From Epithemia pelagica (Eukaryota; Protista; Bacillariophyta): a stretch of DNA of 64,000 nt. The notes under the pieces are model-generated. The model was not told the DNA's origin. It saw only the letters and a program-made list of their open reading frames with translations, and did no database searches. Where the stretch lies: the NCBI GenBank assembly GCA_946965045.2, contig OX337229.1, positions 806,001-870,000 of the forward strand, given 5' to 3'. The translations under genes and the position numbers were made by a program. This document shows positions 43,055-54,869 of the stretch, piece by piece; the first letter of the stretch is position 1; every line of letters begins with the position of its first letter.

Positions 43055-43392
43055 GGCTAATAACAGATGACCTACTGCTTGGGGACCATTCCACACACGG
43101 GGTACAATCGAATCAATCAAGATGCTTGCTCTGTATTCTTTACTCTTCCCATTGTGATTGTGGTGGAGCGAAAATCTGTGGCACGTTTGGAGTGAGTTGT
43201 TTTACGCGACCGAAGAGCTATTGAGCGCTTCTTGAGCGACTCGAATCTTCTCAAGAGCTACTATTGTATGATGAATCACCGTGTGTTCTCTAGAGTTTTT
43301 GTTCACATGATTCATCTCGATTCTTTGTGTGATTGCAACTACAAGAAAACAACATAGGAACACGTGTTCTATCATTCGAGAGCACGAGAATG

Positions 43393-44427
43393 CTACGCGC
43401 CTTGCGGCGAAGAAATGACCAAGGTACCTTCGTAAAAGACAGTTTCAGGGCTTTGGACGGCCGAAAATTGTTCCGGCATATCTTTCTCCGCAGCATCCTT
43501 GGCCGCCCACGCTTGGTAGGCCGCCAAATCTTGGAAAATGGTAGCAATCACATAAGTTGGTTCCCCGGCTTGGGTCGGGCCCATTCCATGTCCCTTGGCT
43601 TGTCCATCTCGTCGCATGACACTGCGGGCCACAAAGCCTGGCGTGGCCTCGAGCGCGGCATTGGATTTTTCCTTTTGCGAGGACCAGTATTCTTCAAACG
43701 CCAAGGCCGTATCATCCGAGGGAATGTAAAATTTTTGCATCGACACAAAGCATTCTGGATTCAACGTATTGATCCCATCGGCTTCGACCGTTCGCCAACC
43801 ATCCGTGGTTTCTGGAATAGACGTGGGGGTGGTTTTTTCCAAAAAGAGGCCATCGTAAAAGGCAGGACGAGGAGCTCCTCGCAAGACACGGGCCGAGTTG
43901 AGCATGGCGGACAAAAAGGCTCCAATCGATGTTCCACCGTGCGCTTCCTTGAAGGCTTCACCCGATCTCCAGGCCGAAAAATGGGACTTTTTGTTCCAAA
44001 TCGTAAAGGAAACGTAATTTTCAAAGGCTTCCTCGTCGGTGGTTCCTCCGAAATAAGTCGCCGACGTGCCATCGTCGTTGAGTGTGACGCGTCGCATGAG
44101 ATGAAAGTATTGAAATCCTTCGAGTTCGGCCAATCGAGATTTGCGAGTGGCCCATCGTTTCTCCACCTTGGCTTGTTGGTCTTGGCGGACCGAAAATCGA
44201 TTGGTAACAATATAACGGTCTCGTTTGAATAAACCCTTGCCCGTTTTGGTCGTGGCGGTACCCTCCTCTTCTTCGGTTTTGATCGACGCAAAAAGGGACG
44301 AAACACTGTTAAACTGGATGCGAGAGGAGGCGGCTGTCGAGAGACTGGAAAAGGAAGCCACACCAAGGTCTTGTCTTCCCAAAAGACCGATCACAAGGAG
44401 GAGATAGGGCACGAAAGAATGTGTCAT
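43393..44427 (-). CDS. ABM-family (IsdG/HmoB-like) monooxygenase, tandem domains, plastid-targeted
   Basis: YIVTNRFSV...WATRKSRL...GFQYFHLMRR...SFTIW...FSAWRSGEAFKEAH; second domain FEEYW...PGFVARSVMRR; signal peptide VAS|F. Confidence 0.82.
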   Translation of the reverse strand: MTHSFVPYLLLVIGLLGRQDLGVASFSSLSTAASSRIQFNSVSSLFASIKTEEEEGTATTKTGKGLFKRDRYIVTNRFSVRQDQQAKVEKRWATRKSRLAELEGFQYFHLMRRVTLNDDGTSATYFGGTTDEEAFENYVSFTIWNKKSHFSAWRSGEAFKEAHGGTSIGAFLSAMLNSARVLRGAPRPAFYDGLFLEKTTPTSIPETTDGWRTVEADGINTLNPECFVSMQKFYIPSDDTALAFEEYWSSQKEKSNAALEATPGFVARSVMRRDGQAKGHGMGPTQAGEPTYVIATIFQDLAAYQAWAAKDAAEKDMPEQFSAVQSPETVFYEGTLVISSPQGA

Positions 44428-44718
44428 GGTGTCGATACCGATTGATGCTGATACACAATTCGACAATAAGTTGAGACTGTGCCACTTTTACGAATCAGTT
44501 GACGCAGAACGAAGGAAAGATCGCCCCGACAAAAGATCCAAATTTCCAGCGGCGCGCTCGTATCGCGCCTGCCTTTTATTTTTCTCGCGCGTTTTGGTCA
44601 TGATCTGGAGGTGCGGGCGCGATCAGACGATGGCAATGGCGCGCAAGATGCCGTCGAGTTGCCCATGGTCAAGACGAAGAGAGGAGACGACTGAGTAAGC
44701 CACCGAGATATAAAGACA

Positions 44719-47559
44719 ATGGATGAAAACGACCCACAAAACCGAATGTCGGATGATTTTAGGTCGTCGTCGGATAGAGATTTCCCTTCCAAGGCAAATC
44801 CAACAAGCGAAAAGGATGCAAATGATGATGAGCTTGAGAGACGCTTGTATGCCTTGAAGACGGCCGTCCAAAAGGCATCTGAGGAGGCATTGCAACGAAC
44901 CAATCCAGCAGTCTTATTGGAAGACGAACGGAATCCCAATGCCTCCTTTCATTTGGGTATGGAACTGTTTGGAGCAGCAGAGCCAGCGCAAATGGAACGA
45001 GCCGTCCAAGAACATTTGATACAGCTCGAACAACAATTGCAAACCATCCTCCGATCCATGCGCGATGATCAAGAGGAGGAGGTCCCTGTTCGACAAGCGC
45101 CTTTGGAAGAGCAAGTCAAATCTTCTGCCCAACTGGATGCTTCTGTCTTGCGATTTAAGCTTTTTTTCTTGAAACAATGCAGTCAAATCCGACAACTCGT
45201 GGACGAATCCATTGCATGCTCGGATCCGTCCTATGCCTCATCATCATCATCGACCGTGTCTCCCGAAGACCCTGTCACCCACAGCAACAGCAACGCCAAC
45301 ACAGGCGTGGTCGATATGGTGCAGGCCATGCGCAAACTACTGCAAGCCGAAAAGGCGTGGAAAGACGTTCATCAAGAGCTTGCCCAATTTGTAGAGAACC
45401 GCGAGGCAGTGGCACCAGAGGGCGAATTACAAGACTGTCAGAACATGATGGAATGGTTGCGACAAGACATTCGCAATCCCAAAGTAGATCTCATTAGTCA
45501 AGTTCAAACGTTTTGGAACAATTGTGTGACGATCGAAGCCGAAGCTCTCATTGTGCGAGGGTACCAAACGAGATCCACCAACTCCTCCTCCAGTATGGGA
45601 GAGCCTCCCCTGGCACAAGTGCACGGTGTCATGCAAGTGTTGGCTCAAGAAAACAATCACTCCTTACAAAAAGAAGTACTCCTTCCCTTTGCGACAAAAT
45701 TGTACCATCAAGTGATCCAACCCGTGCTGGATCTACATCGCAAACCAAGACAAGTGCCTGTGCGATGGAAGTTTCATGAACTGCAAGAACGAGGAGTCTC
45801 CTCGACACTCTCATCGTCGGTAGTCATGACGTCCTCTACAACAACAAAGTCGTCATTGGGACCTGTCAAGACATTGGAATGGGAGCGAGAAGAACAAGAA
45901 GAGGATACAGCTGACCTCAAGGAGGATACAGTGGAGGCTTGGAAGGAAACACTGGCCTTTGTCCAACGAATATTGGTGTTTGTGGCCGAAAATGCCTTTC
46001 TCGGCCGCTCGGAGCTCTGTCAATTGTGGGGCAATCGTCTCCTGGGAAGCCCCAAGGCGTTGGGAGCAATTGCCAATAGCAAGAATGAATTAGACCTGAG
46101 CGCCAGTGCATTTCAATTGCTGGACAAGGATGATGGAGTCCTCATGGAACCTTTGGTGGATCTCATGATGGACACGTGTTTACCAGACATTGTCACTCCC
46201 CCCATGACAGCGGAGGGCGAAGGGTTGGTGGAACAACTGCGGAGCATTCAATCTCGATTGGAGCAGGTAGCACAGCCATTCTTGGAGACTATGGAGAATC
46301 ATGGCTTGTTGGAAGTGGAGCAGGTATTCTCGCCCACTGTCATTTCCAAAATGACCCGTGGATCCAACGAAACACAAGAACGTTGTCGGCTTCGAGAGTT
46401 TGTGCAGAATTTCTTGTCTCATTACATCCACCATCGCTCCAGTCTCTTGCTGGACCAAGCACGTTCCTTGATACTCCACGAAAAAGATTACCACAATACT
46501 CAATCGGTCGGTGTCGACCCCGCATCGACCACCAGTGAAGAAGACCGTCGACTGGGCCTGGATCCTGGATTGGATGTGTTCTTGTTGCATCAATCTTGTG
46601 TTTCGGACACGGCCTTGGCCCTGCATCAGCTATGTGTGGCGTGTATGGACGAATCCGTGGCTTGTGCTGTCGCCTTGGCCAACAAGAATGAAACAGACAA
46701 TGATTTGGACGATTTACCTGCATCTCTATACCAGGTGGCACGCCAAGTTCTCGATTTGTATCGGGTCATTGTTCCGGTCCGATACGGCAAGGAAGTGGCG
46801 CAAGTCCCTCGGACAGCGGCCATTTTTTACAACGATTGCGTGTACTTTGCCCATCACTGTCATTCCTTGGGATTGGAATACCGAGAAAAGTTTCCCGAAT
46901 CTGCCTCGTTTACTGCGGATTTGCATCGTATCTGTATCTTTGTCGACAAGGTTCCCTTGTTTCGGGAAATGGCGGACCGATGCATGAGGGATATGCTCGA
47001 TCGACAATCCCACCAAATACAAGAGTTGGTCCGTCCTCGCATTCCTCTTTTGAGCAAGGCATTGCAATCGGCCGAAATTGTGGCCGAGTGGGCCGATGCC
47101 GAAACTGGTTTGAATGCAGCCTTGTATCATATTCAACATTTGTCGCAACAATGGAAACCAATCTTGTCCAAACAAACCTTTCATTCTACAGTCGGATATC
47201 TTGCGCATGTTACCTTTAGTCTCTTGTTGGAGCCCGTTTTGAGTGCCACGAGCTTTTCGCAAGATGCCTGCGAATTTGTCCATGACTTGTTTGGAAAAGC
47301 TCTCGATCGAGTCCAATCCTTGTTGGAACTGTCGATTCAGCACAATGAGGACGAGTTGAAAACCGTTGTGCCGACGTGGCATCGTTTCAAAGCCGTTGGC
47401 ATGTTTATGGACATGACCTTGAACGATGTGGAAGCCGCCTTGAGTCGTGGTGTCTTTGCCCATGTCACGGGGCATGAACTCTCGCATCTGTTGACGGCAG
47501 TCTTTGATGAAAGTCGACGACAACAAGAGCTCCTCAAACTCGTCAAGCGCCATCAATAA
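44719..47559 (+). CDS. ZW10: Kinetochore/NRZ-Dsl1 complex protein ZW10
   Basis: C-terminal LDLYRVIVP...VPRTAAIFYNDCVYFAHH and F...FMD..L.DV...L..G...T..EL..L..AVF signatures. Confidence 0.85.
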   Translation: MDENDPQNRMSDDFRSSSDRDFPSKANPTSEKDANDDELERRLYALKTAVQKASEEALQRTNPAVLLEDERNPNASFHLGMELFGAAEPAQMERAVQEHLIQLEQQLQTILRSMRDDQEEEVPVRQAPLEEQVKSSAQLDASVLRFKLFFLKQCSQIRQLVDESIACSDPSYASSSSSTVSPEDPVTHSNSNANTGVVDMVQAMRKLLQAEKAWKDVHQELAQFVENREAVAPEGELQDCQNMMEWLRQDIRNPKVDLISQVQTFWNNCVTIEAEALIVRGYQTRSTNSSSSMGEPPLAQVHGVMQVLAQENNHSLQKEVLLPFATKLYHQVIQPVLDLHRKPRQVPVRWKFHELQERGVSSTLSSSVVMTSSTTTKSSLGPVKTLEWEREEQEEDTADLKEDTVEAWKETLAFVQRILVFVAENAFLGRSELCQLWGNRLLGSPKALGAIANSKNELDLSASAFQLLDKDDGVLMEPLVDLMMDTCLPDIVTPPMTAEGEGLVEQLRSIQSRLEQVAQPFLETMENHGLLEVEQVFSPTVISKMTRGSNETQERCRLREFVQNFLSHYIHHRSSLLLDQARSLILHEKDYHNTQSVGVDPASTTSEEDRRLGLDPGLDVFLLHQSCVSDTALALHQLCVACMDESVACAVALANKNETDNDLDDLPASLYQVARQVLDLYRVIVPVRYGKEVAQVPRTAAIFYNDCVYFAHHCHSLGLEYREKFPESASFTADLHRICIFVDKVPLFREMADRCMRDMLDRQSHQIQELVRPRIPLLSKALQSAEIVAEWADAETGLNAALYHIQHLSQQWKPILSKQTFHSTVGYLAHVTFSLLLEPVLSATSFSQDACEFVHDLFGKALDRVQSLLELSIQHNEDELKTVVPTWHRFKAVGMFMDMTLNDVEAALSRGVFAHVTGHELSHLLTAVFDESRRQQELLKLVKRHQ

Positions 47560-47666
47560 CACCAAACAACAGGAAACCGACAAGAAAAGTGTTGCATAGT
47601 ATAGCATGATGAAATCAAGGCATTAGAGGATGTGGGAACAGTAAAACATAGCCAGGGTTTAATAGT

Positions 47667-49844
47667 TTAAATGCTTTGAAATTCGCCTTTCATGGCACGA
47701 TCTCCCGTCGGTACCAAATTTTTCAATCGTTCCGTGACCCGAGTCTGCAATCCGACATTGAGTGGGACACCATCGTCATTGTCGTTGCCTTGTGGTGCTG
47801 GTGCCGTGGCTTGTATCATGGCGGGGTCGACACATTCGGCAATGTCATTGGCAAAGGCATACATGAGCATATTCCGTGCAGTGGAGCGATCCAATCCTCG
47901 CGATCGCAAATAAAACAATTCTTCTTCCGACAAATCCGAGACGGTCGCCCCGTGCGTACATGTGACATCGTCGGCAATAATTTCCAAGGATGGAATGGCC
48001 CAGGCCCGACACTTGTCGGACAAGAGAATGGTCCGCGACAATTGTTGACTGTCCGTTTGTTGCGCACTTTGTTCGACGCGGATCCGTCCACGAAAGGCGC
48101 CCGTGGCCCGTCCTCCCACCATGCTTTTTTGAATTTGCGCACTCGATGTGCCCTGTGCGGCGTGGTGAATGTTGGTTTTCATGTCGGTTCGTTGGGCACC
48201 ACCCGAGAGGGAAAAGCCGCGGACCGAGGCAAAGGAGCGACTCCGCAACAAGGAGACGGACAGGGCAATCCGGACATGACCGCTGCCACCCAAACTCATG
48301 ATAGCTCCTTGGTAGGCCCCGTCTTCTCCCATGACATGCACATCAATGGCCTCCAAATGTGTATCCTTGAGCGCGGGTCGGGAGGCTTCCACTTCCCGAT
48401 CCAGCGGTTGACCGGCTTGGTATTCATCGTCGGTTCGTTCGACACCGGCCGTGACCAAGCCACCCGTTTCTTCCAAGTACGAATGCGTGACATTGGCCGT
48501 GCCGTGGACAAAGATTTGAGAGTATCCATTGTACAAGGAGGCGTGGTGCACCGCATCATTGTCGGTGGACAAATCCACACAGGATTGAACGACTGACAGT
48601 CGCGCTCCATCTTCGGCAACCACCAAGGTTCGTGGATGATAGGCGACCCCCTTTTCTCCCGTGGTCAAGGCCTCGTCTTCCGGACTGTCGGTTCCACCCG
48701 CCATGCCCGTGGCCGCATTGATAATCAAGACGGGTTGCGGAACTTGATCTTGCTGGACCAAATGGGCATTGTGCTGCGCCGGCGCCTGGACGTAGGCCAC
48801 GCCTTCGGTCTTGATGGTATTGAGGGCGGCAAAACAGGCCGTTCCCTGTTGGACATTCATGGCAAATTGCGAGGTTGGATCGCCCGTGTTGTGATTGGGT
48901 TTGGACAAGTTCCGATAGGATGTCAAGAGTTGGTCATTGCAAGGCACGGGCGTGGCCAATTCATCGGTAAAGCCATCCGTCAATCGACTCAACCAACGTT
49001 CTTGGGCCGTGTCGGGGACGGCGGACTCGCGCAAATTGTAGGCCCAGTCCGTGGTTTTGGACAGGGCGGGACAAAATTTACCATCGATATAGACCAAGCG
49101 CGCTTCGCAAACCGTGTCGTCGAGCCAGACCCCCGACGCCACGAGACTGGCCTGGTAGGTGGCACATTGTTGGTCCGACCAGGACCCTTGTCCCGGCGGC
49201 GTGTCGAGACTGTAATCTTGTTGAATCATACCGACAACATCAAAATGCCGCCAGGGTTCGGCATTGCGACGTGGAATGGGCAATCCAAATTCTTCCAATC
49301 CATAGGCCGGATACAAGGGCGTCCAGGGCAATCGAGTCGACACAAAGGGAGTATAGTCGGGATGGTCCACGGGCAATTCCACCTCATTCACCAAGGGAAC
49401 GGGCGTTGTCAAGACGGAGTGGGCCGCCTGGCGAAGGGGGGCTGGAATTCCGGCACTGCCATATTCCTTGTCGTCCGCGCCCGTGGTCGACGCCGACGAC
49501 AACAAGTTGGCAAACCAGGCATCGCACTGCGTGTCCAGGTCCGATCGTCGGGCGGTCCGGTATTCTTCGTGATTGGGAATTTCATAGTCGACACCAGGGA
49601 CCAATTCGGGTTTCGTCGTGGTCGTTGCAGCGTCGTCACCTCCTACTTGTTGTTCGGGACCCAGCCCAATACTCACAAAGAGTTGGTGGTGGGCCTTCCG
49701 GTCGGCACGAGAGAATGCCGATGAGACGCCAAAGAATGATGGTCTTCCTGCACCAGTCGAAAGGGGCTGAAAGGGAGCTACGCGATGCAAAAGGACTGCG
49801 CACATCCATAGCGATATTGTTGATTTAGTCATCGTCATCATCAT
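47667..49844 (-). CDS. sufD: Fe-S cluster assembly protein SufD, plastid-targeted
   Basis: FRGRIRVEQSAQQTDSQQLSRTILLSD, PSLEIIADDVTCTHGATVSDLSEEELFYLRSRGL; signal peptide VAP|F. Confidence 0.93.
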   Translation of the reverse strand: MMMTMTKSTISLWMCAVLLHRVAPFQPLSTGAGRPSFFGVSSAFSRADRKAHHQLFVSIGLGPEQQVGGDDAATTTTKPELVPGVDYEIPNHEEYRTARRSDLDTQCDAWFANLLSSASTTGADDKEYGSAGIPAPLRQAAHSVLTTPVPLVNEVELPVDHPDYTPFVSTRLPWTPLYPAYGLEEFGLPIPRRNAEPWRHFDVVGMIQQDYSLDTPPGQGSWSDQQCATYQASLVASGVWLDDTVCEARLVYIDGKFCPALSKTTDWAYNLRESAVPDTAQERWLSRLTDGFTDELATPVPCNDQLLTSYRNLSKPNHNTGDPTSQFAMNVQQGTACFAALNTIKTEGVAYVQAPAQHNAHLVQQDQVPQPVLIINAATGMAGGTDSPEDEALTTGEKGVAYHPRTLVVAEDGARLSVVQSCVDLSTDNDAVHHASLYNGYSQIFVHGTANVTHSYLEETGGLVTAGVERTDDEYQAGQPLDREVEASRPALKDTHLEAIDVHVMGEDGAYQGAIMSLGGSGHVRIALSVSLLRSRSFASVRGFSLSGGAQRTDMKTNIHHAAQGTSSAQIQKSMVGGRATGAFRGRIRVEQSAQQTDSQQLSRTILLSDKCRAWAIPSLEIIADDVTCTHGATVSDLSEEELFYLRSRGLDRSTARNMLMYAFANDIAECVDPAMIQATAPAPQGNDNDDGVPLNVGLQTRVTERLKNLVPTGDRAMKGEFQSI

Positions 49845-50418
49845 TTGGATTCACAAAGGCAGTGAACAGTTTCACCAATCAAGGAATGTGGCTAGTTGTC
49901 GTCGTCAATGGCGCTTTGAATCGGAGGGGATGAGAGAACGCTGCTCGTCAACAATCTCCTTGTCAATAATGTATTGTTGCACCTGCGTTTTTCTTGTTTC
50001 TAAACAAAAGGAAACAGCTTGAAAGTATTGGTTCGTCACTTGTTTTGACTCTCCAAACCTATCGGCGACAATTGAAGTTGATTGATTCAGCAAAAGATGG
50101 AAGGATGTTGATGTGGTTGTGATTTGCGATGGATGGAGAAGAAAGAAAGAAAAATCTTGGGAGAGATAGAGAATGCGTGACGTATTTTTCATGACGTCAA
50201 ACGCGCGGGCCTTCAAGTACACGGACGGACGGACAGAGATAGAGACCATTTTGAGTCCAGTCCCGGTTGAACTCGGGTCGGTATCTTTGGACGCAGCTTC
50301 AACTGCGCGATTGTGATGTGTTGGTGGCAGTTTTGGGGGTCTGGATATCTCTGTAGCAACAACTCTTGACATTACATTTCTCTCCAGGCAGAGATCAAAC
50401 GAGAAACCAAACACAAGC

Positions 50419-51834
50419 ATGACAACGACAGCCCTACTAATACTTGGTGTATGGACACTGTGCCTCGTCTCGTTGGGTCAGGGATTTTCTACCCTGCCGC
50501 AATCCTTCCACCAACTGACGCGAGCTCAATTTTTTGGGACGTCGACGGTGGCCGTGGCGGCCGCCAGTCAAGAAGAAGATTTGGAATTGACACGACAAAT
50601 TATTTTGGGTCACTTGTCGGACCAGGAACAACCACCAATGGATTCCGACAACGACAATGACGACGACACCAACACGGACGACGACCCGGCCACAACTACG
50701 ACTGTGGATCTTTCGGCTCGTCCGGCCAATGATTTAATGATTCGCGCCGCCCTGGGACAAGTCGTCGAACAAACACCGGTTTGGTTGTTTCGTCAAGCGG
50801 GACGGCATTTGCCCGAATATCAACAATACAAGCAAGACTTACAGAAGAATTTTTTGGAATTGTTGGCGACACCGGAAACCGTGGCCGAATGTACCCTGCA
50901 ACCCCTGCGCCGGTACGACGTGGATGCCGCCATTTTGTTTTCCGATATCTTGGTCGTTCCGCAAGCCTTGGGAATCTCGGTGACCATGCCGGGAAGGGTT
51001 GGCATTCAAGTGCCGGAACCCTTGACGGATCCCTCGGAAATTGAATCGCGATTGCCGTCCCTGGACGAGATTACTCCCGATTTTGTGCAAGACAGATTGG
51101 GTCATGTCCTGGCGGCGGTGACACAAATTCGTGTACAAATGGCCCAGGAAGGCAAATCCATTCCCCTCATTGGCTTTTCGGCCGCTCCCTGGACCCTCTT
51201 TTTTTACATGGTGGGCGGTTCGTCCAAAAAAAATACCAACGCGGGCATTGAGTGGATGAAGCAGTATCCGGACGACACGCAAGAGTTGCTCCAACTCTTG
51301 ACCCACATTGTCATTGAATACATGGCCGCTCAAGTCGAGGCCGGTGCCCACATGTTGCAAGTCTTTGAAGCCATGGGCATGATGATGGGCGACGACGACA
51401 ATTTTACAACCTTTGCCAAGCCGTGTTTAGAAGAAATTGCCACGCAACTCAAGAAGCGATATCCGAATGTTCCACTCATGGTCTTTTGCCGGGGCGCTTG
51501 TCACATGAATGGCGAATTGGGTCCCTTGGGATACGACGTGGTGACCATGGATGGCAGTGTCGATCGGTCCACGGCCCGAGCAACCGTCGGGGAGTCCGTC
51601 TCGTTGCAGGGCAATTACGATCCGGCTGAACTCATTGAGGCCAATAACAAGACGATGGAAACGGTCCAAGCCACGGCGAAACAACTCTTGGTCGACTTGG
51701 GACCACAACGATTGATTGCCAATTTGGGCGAAGGATTGGGAGGCAAAGAATCACCCGCCTTGGTCAAGGCCTTTGTCGATGCCATTCATGAGGAATCGGC
51801 CGCCATGATTCAACAAGAACAAGAAGATCAATAA
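50419..51834 (+). CDS. hemE: Uroporphyrinogen decarboxylase, plastid-targeted
   Basis: PVWLFRQAGRHLPEY, DAAILFSDILV, LIGFSAAPWTLFFYMV, IANLGEG; signal peptide GQG|F. Confidence 0.95.
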   Translation: MTTTALLILGVWTLCLVSLGQGFSTLPQSFHQLTRAQFFGTSTVAVAAASQEEDLELTRQIILGHLSDQEQPPMDSDNDNDDDTNTDDDPATTTTVDLSARPANDLMIRAALGQVVEQTPVWLFRQAGRHLPEYQQYKQDLQKNFLELLATPETVAECTLQPLRRYDVDAAILFSDILVVPQALGISVTMPGRVGIQVPEPLTDPSEIESRLPSLDEITPDFVQDRLGHVLAAVTQIRVQMAQEGKSIPLIGFSAAPWTLFFYMVGGSSKKNTNAGIEWMKQYPDDTQELLQLLTHIVIEYMAAQVEAGAHMLQVFEAMGMMMGDDDNFTTFAKPCLEEIATQLKKRYPNVPLMVFCRGACHMNGELGPLGYDVVTMDGSVDRSTARATVGESVSLQGNYDPAELIEANNKTMETVQATAKQLLVDLGPQRLIANLGEGLGGKESPALVKAFVDAIHEESAAMIQQEQEDQ

Positions 51835-52274
51835 CCAACCAGAGAAACTGCCAACGAGGAACCGTCCTTGTCGTCGTCATGATCCAAACACATGTTCTCT
51901 CATGTCCATGCTTTTGATGCATGGGTTGATGGAACACGAGAACTACGCGCTCCATATTGTGCCGTCCTGGACGCACTTGTGTTGTTCTGTAATCACTTCT
52001 CTTGAACGACGGAGGAACAAGCTAAACTATTCAATAAAGAACCGCAAACTGACAAACGAGACTTGACTAGACATGAGATCTCTATCACTAATTTTTACGT
52101 GACACGTTTATAAAGTGTGGAAGTGTTGGTTCCAGTCGAACTACGCTACGCACTACACTGGGACCCTTTTTGCGCGTCGAACCCATGATCCAAGGGACCA
52201 GCCGTACTTTCGCTTGGTCGGTTGGAATTCGTTTGGGTTCGTGCGCTGGTACCATTGTTGGGTTTGGGGAGAAC

Positions 52275-54287
52275 TCACGGCACTACCACAATGTGCATCG
52301 AGGCCGTTCGTCCCAGTGGAGTATCATCCATGGACACGACAACAACTTCTTCTCCACGGTGCAACAAATCCATGGCCGTGGCTTGTTGGACGGCCCCCAC
52401 AGCGTCGTCACTCAGGCCCACAACGGGATAAATGCCGCGATACATTTGCAATCGACGCGCCAGTTTGGCCGTGGGACACAGGGCATAAATGGGAACCGAG
52501 GGACGATAGGCCGACACCAACGGTGGCAACGTCCCATGATGGGTCAAGACCAAAATGGCCGTACATCCCCGTTCCGTGGCGGCCGCCACGGCCGCCTTGG
52601 CCACGGCCGAATCCGGTGTCTTGTCACCGACAAAGGCGGCACTGCCGGGTGTCGTCGGATGAGCGCCCACGGCCGTGTCGGAGGATTGGTACCGTTCGGC
52701 GGCCAAGATGATTTCATTCATGGTGCGAATGGTATCCGTGGGAAACTTGCCCTTGGCCGTTTCTCCACTCGTCATGACACAATCGGCTCCGTCGTACACG
52801 GCATTGGTCACATCGGCCACTTCGGCCCGTGTCGGTCGAGGATTTTTGGCCATGCTTTCCAACATTTGCGTCGCCACAACAACCGGTTTGCCCACGGCAT
52901 TGCAGGCGGCGACCATTTCCTTTTGCGCATTGGTGACTTGGGTGAGGGGAATTTCCACCCCCAAATCGCCCCGGGCCACCATGATACCGTCACTTTCGGC
53001 CAAGATTTCATCAAAGTGTTGCAAGGCACTGGCGGTTTCAATTTTGGAAATAATGGCTGGCAAGGGACGTTCGTCCGACGCGGTCCAGCCCAATTCCTCG
53101 GCGCACTGCTGGATGTGTTGACGAATTTCGCGAACGCCCGCCGCGGTTTGGACAAAACTGGCCGCCACATAGTCAATGTCCATACTCATGCCATACTTGA
53201 TGTCACTTTTATCCTTGTCTGACATGGCGGGCTGCCAAAAGGAACAAGACAGCAAAATGACCATGCAATGCCAATACCAAACAAAGAATGAGAAACGGAT
53301 TCCAATTCCGACAGTGTGGATCTCTATATCAGGACCAGCGGTACGTACCAAATCGGAGGTATCGGCCAGGGGGAGATTGACTCCGGCTCGACTGCGCAAA
53401 TCGCCCGAATTGTCCACCACCGTCGTGACCGTGCCGTCACGGTTAATGGTTTGAACCGTCAGTGTAATGGCGCCATCGTCCAACAAGACTTTGCGACCGG
53501 GTTCCAAGGCCTGATCCAAACTGGGATAATCGACAAACAAGTCCGTCGCCGTCGAACCCGACTCTTGGACGGCGCGACTGGTATGCAAGGTGACAGTCGC
53601 ACCGGCCGCCAAATGGACCGTTTCGTGGCCCGACTCATCGTGTTGGAGCTTGCCGGTCCGAATTTCCGGCCCTTTGGTATCCAACAAAATGGCCCGAACA
53701 TCTTGCAATTCCTTGGCACCGGGAGGTTGCAGGGCTTTCTATAAAACAATCCAAGACAAAAGCATGGTGCAAAATCACAACAAGAACAACAACAACAACT
53801 CGTCAGAGTTCATGGACGACGTCGGCCACACCAATCGTTCCAGGCATTTCCGTACACCTCCCCAAAGATCTCTCCATCATGTCGTTCTCTCTCTTTTTTT
53901 CAATCCACAACCAGCACCACCCAAAAGAGAACCAAACCAACGACTTACTTGTGCCGCTTGTAAATTGGTGGTCCGGAGTTCGACTTCCTCCGGTGTCGCA
54001 TGAGAGAAATTTAAGCGCATGATGCGCATCCCCGCTCGCGTCACGTCCAACAAGGGTTCGGCTTGTTCGGACGTGGGACCAATGGTGGCGACAATCTTGG
54101 TCAATTGCCGTGACGAATGCGACGGTTGACCGTGTTGTCGGACGGCCGGATCGGGCAAATCAAACGACGTTTGAATGCCGCCAGCCGCACGAGTCGTCGT
54201 TGTACCACTCCAACGGCGTCGGCTCCCCGCAACCAGTGAGGACAACCGGGGACGGCTCAACATGGATGCACCCAAGGATCGAATCAT
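52275..54287 (-). CDS. PK: Pyruvate kinase with mitochondrial-type presequence; introns 53739-53948 and 53232-53348
   Basis: TKIVATIGP, RLNFSH, LDTKGPEIRTG, IMVARGDLGVEIP, ATQMLESM, RPTRAEVADV, MTSGETAKG; Arg/Ser-rich N-terminus. Confidence 0.94.
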
Positions 54288-54869
54288 GATGAATGATAAT
54301 GAAACCAAAGTACAAAAAGACAAAGAAGAGAGGACAAGTGATCACACCAAAACAACAAAAGATCTTTGCCAGATCAATGGCCAAAGAGGGGAGGAATCTT
54401 TGAAAAGATTCCAAACCCGCTCATCGTCTGTCCCTCGCATCTATGTGAGACGTAGGTAAGTCACGGATATTACCCCGGAGGTGCGCGCCGGCGCGAGATG
54501 TGCGCTGTCATCATCCATGGCGGTGACGTGAATGACGACACTCCTCCATCCATCCGTGATTTCATCTGCTGTACTCTCTGGTACTTTCTGGTAAATGAAT
54601 TCGTTGCGAGTGAAGTGTCTGGAACTTTCTGGGAAAAGTTGACAAGAGGGATTGACGACGACCGACCAGAACACTGCTTCTTCACTTAAGTGCAATTGAG
54701 ACAAGAAGAACCAAGACAAGGACAACTATACTGTCGAGAACAGCAAATAGAAGGACGAGGCACAATCATCACAGAACCATCATTCGTTTTGCATTCCTCT
54801 CTTTAGAACCTTGGTGTTTGGGCTGCCTCCTCTCTCGTTTGCCAGGCAAAGTTCCGTGTTGCCTCGACA

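Noticed and set aside
49905-50420. 171-aa minus-strand ORF in the sufD-hemE spacer
   Set aside because: Non-ATG start, no motifs, and it lies in a probable bidirectional promoter.
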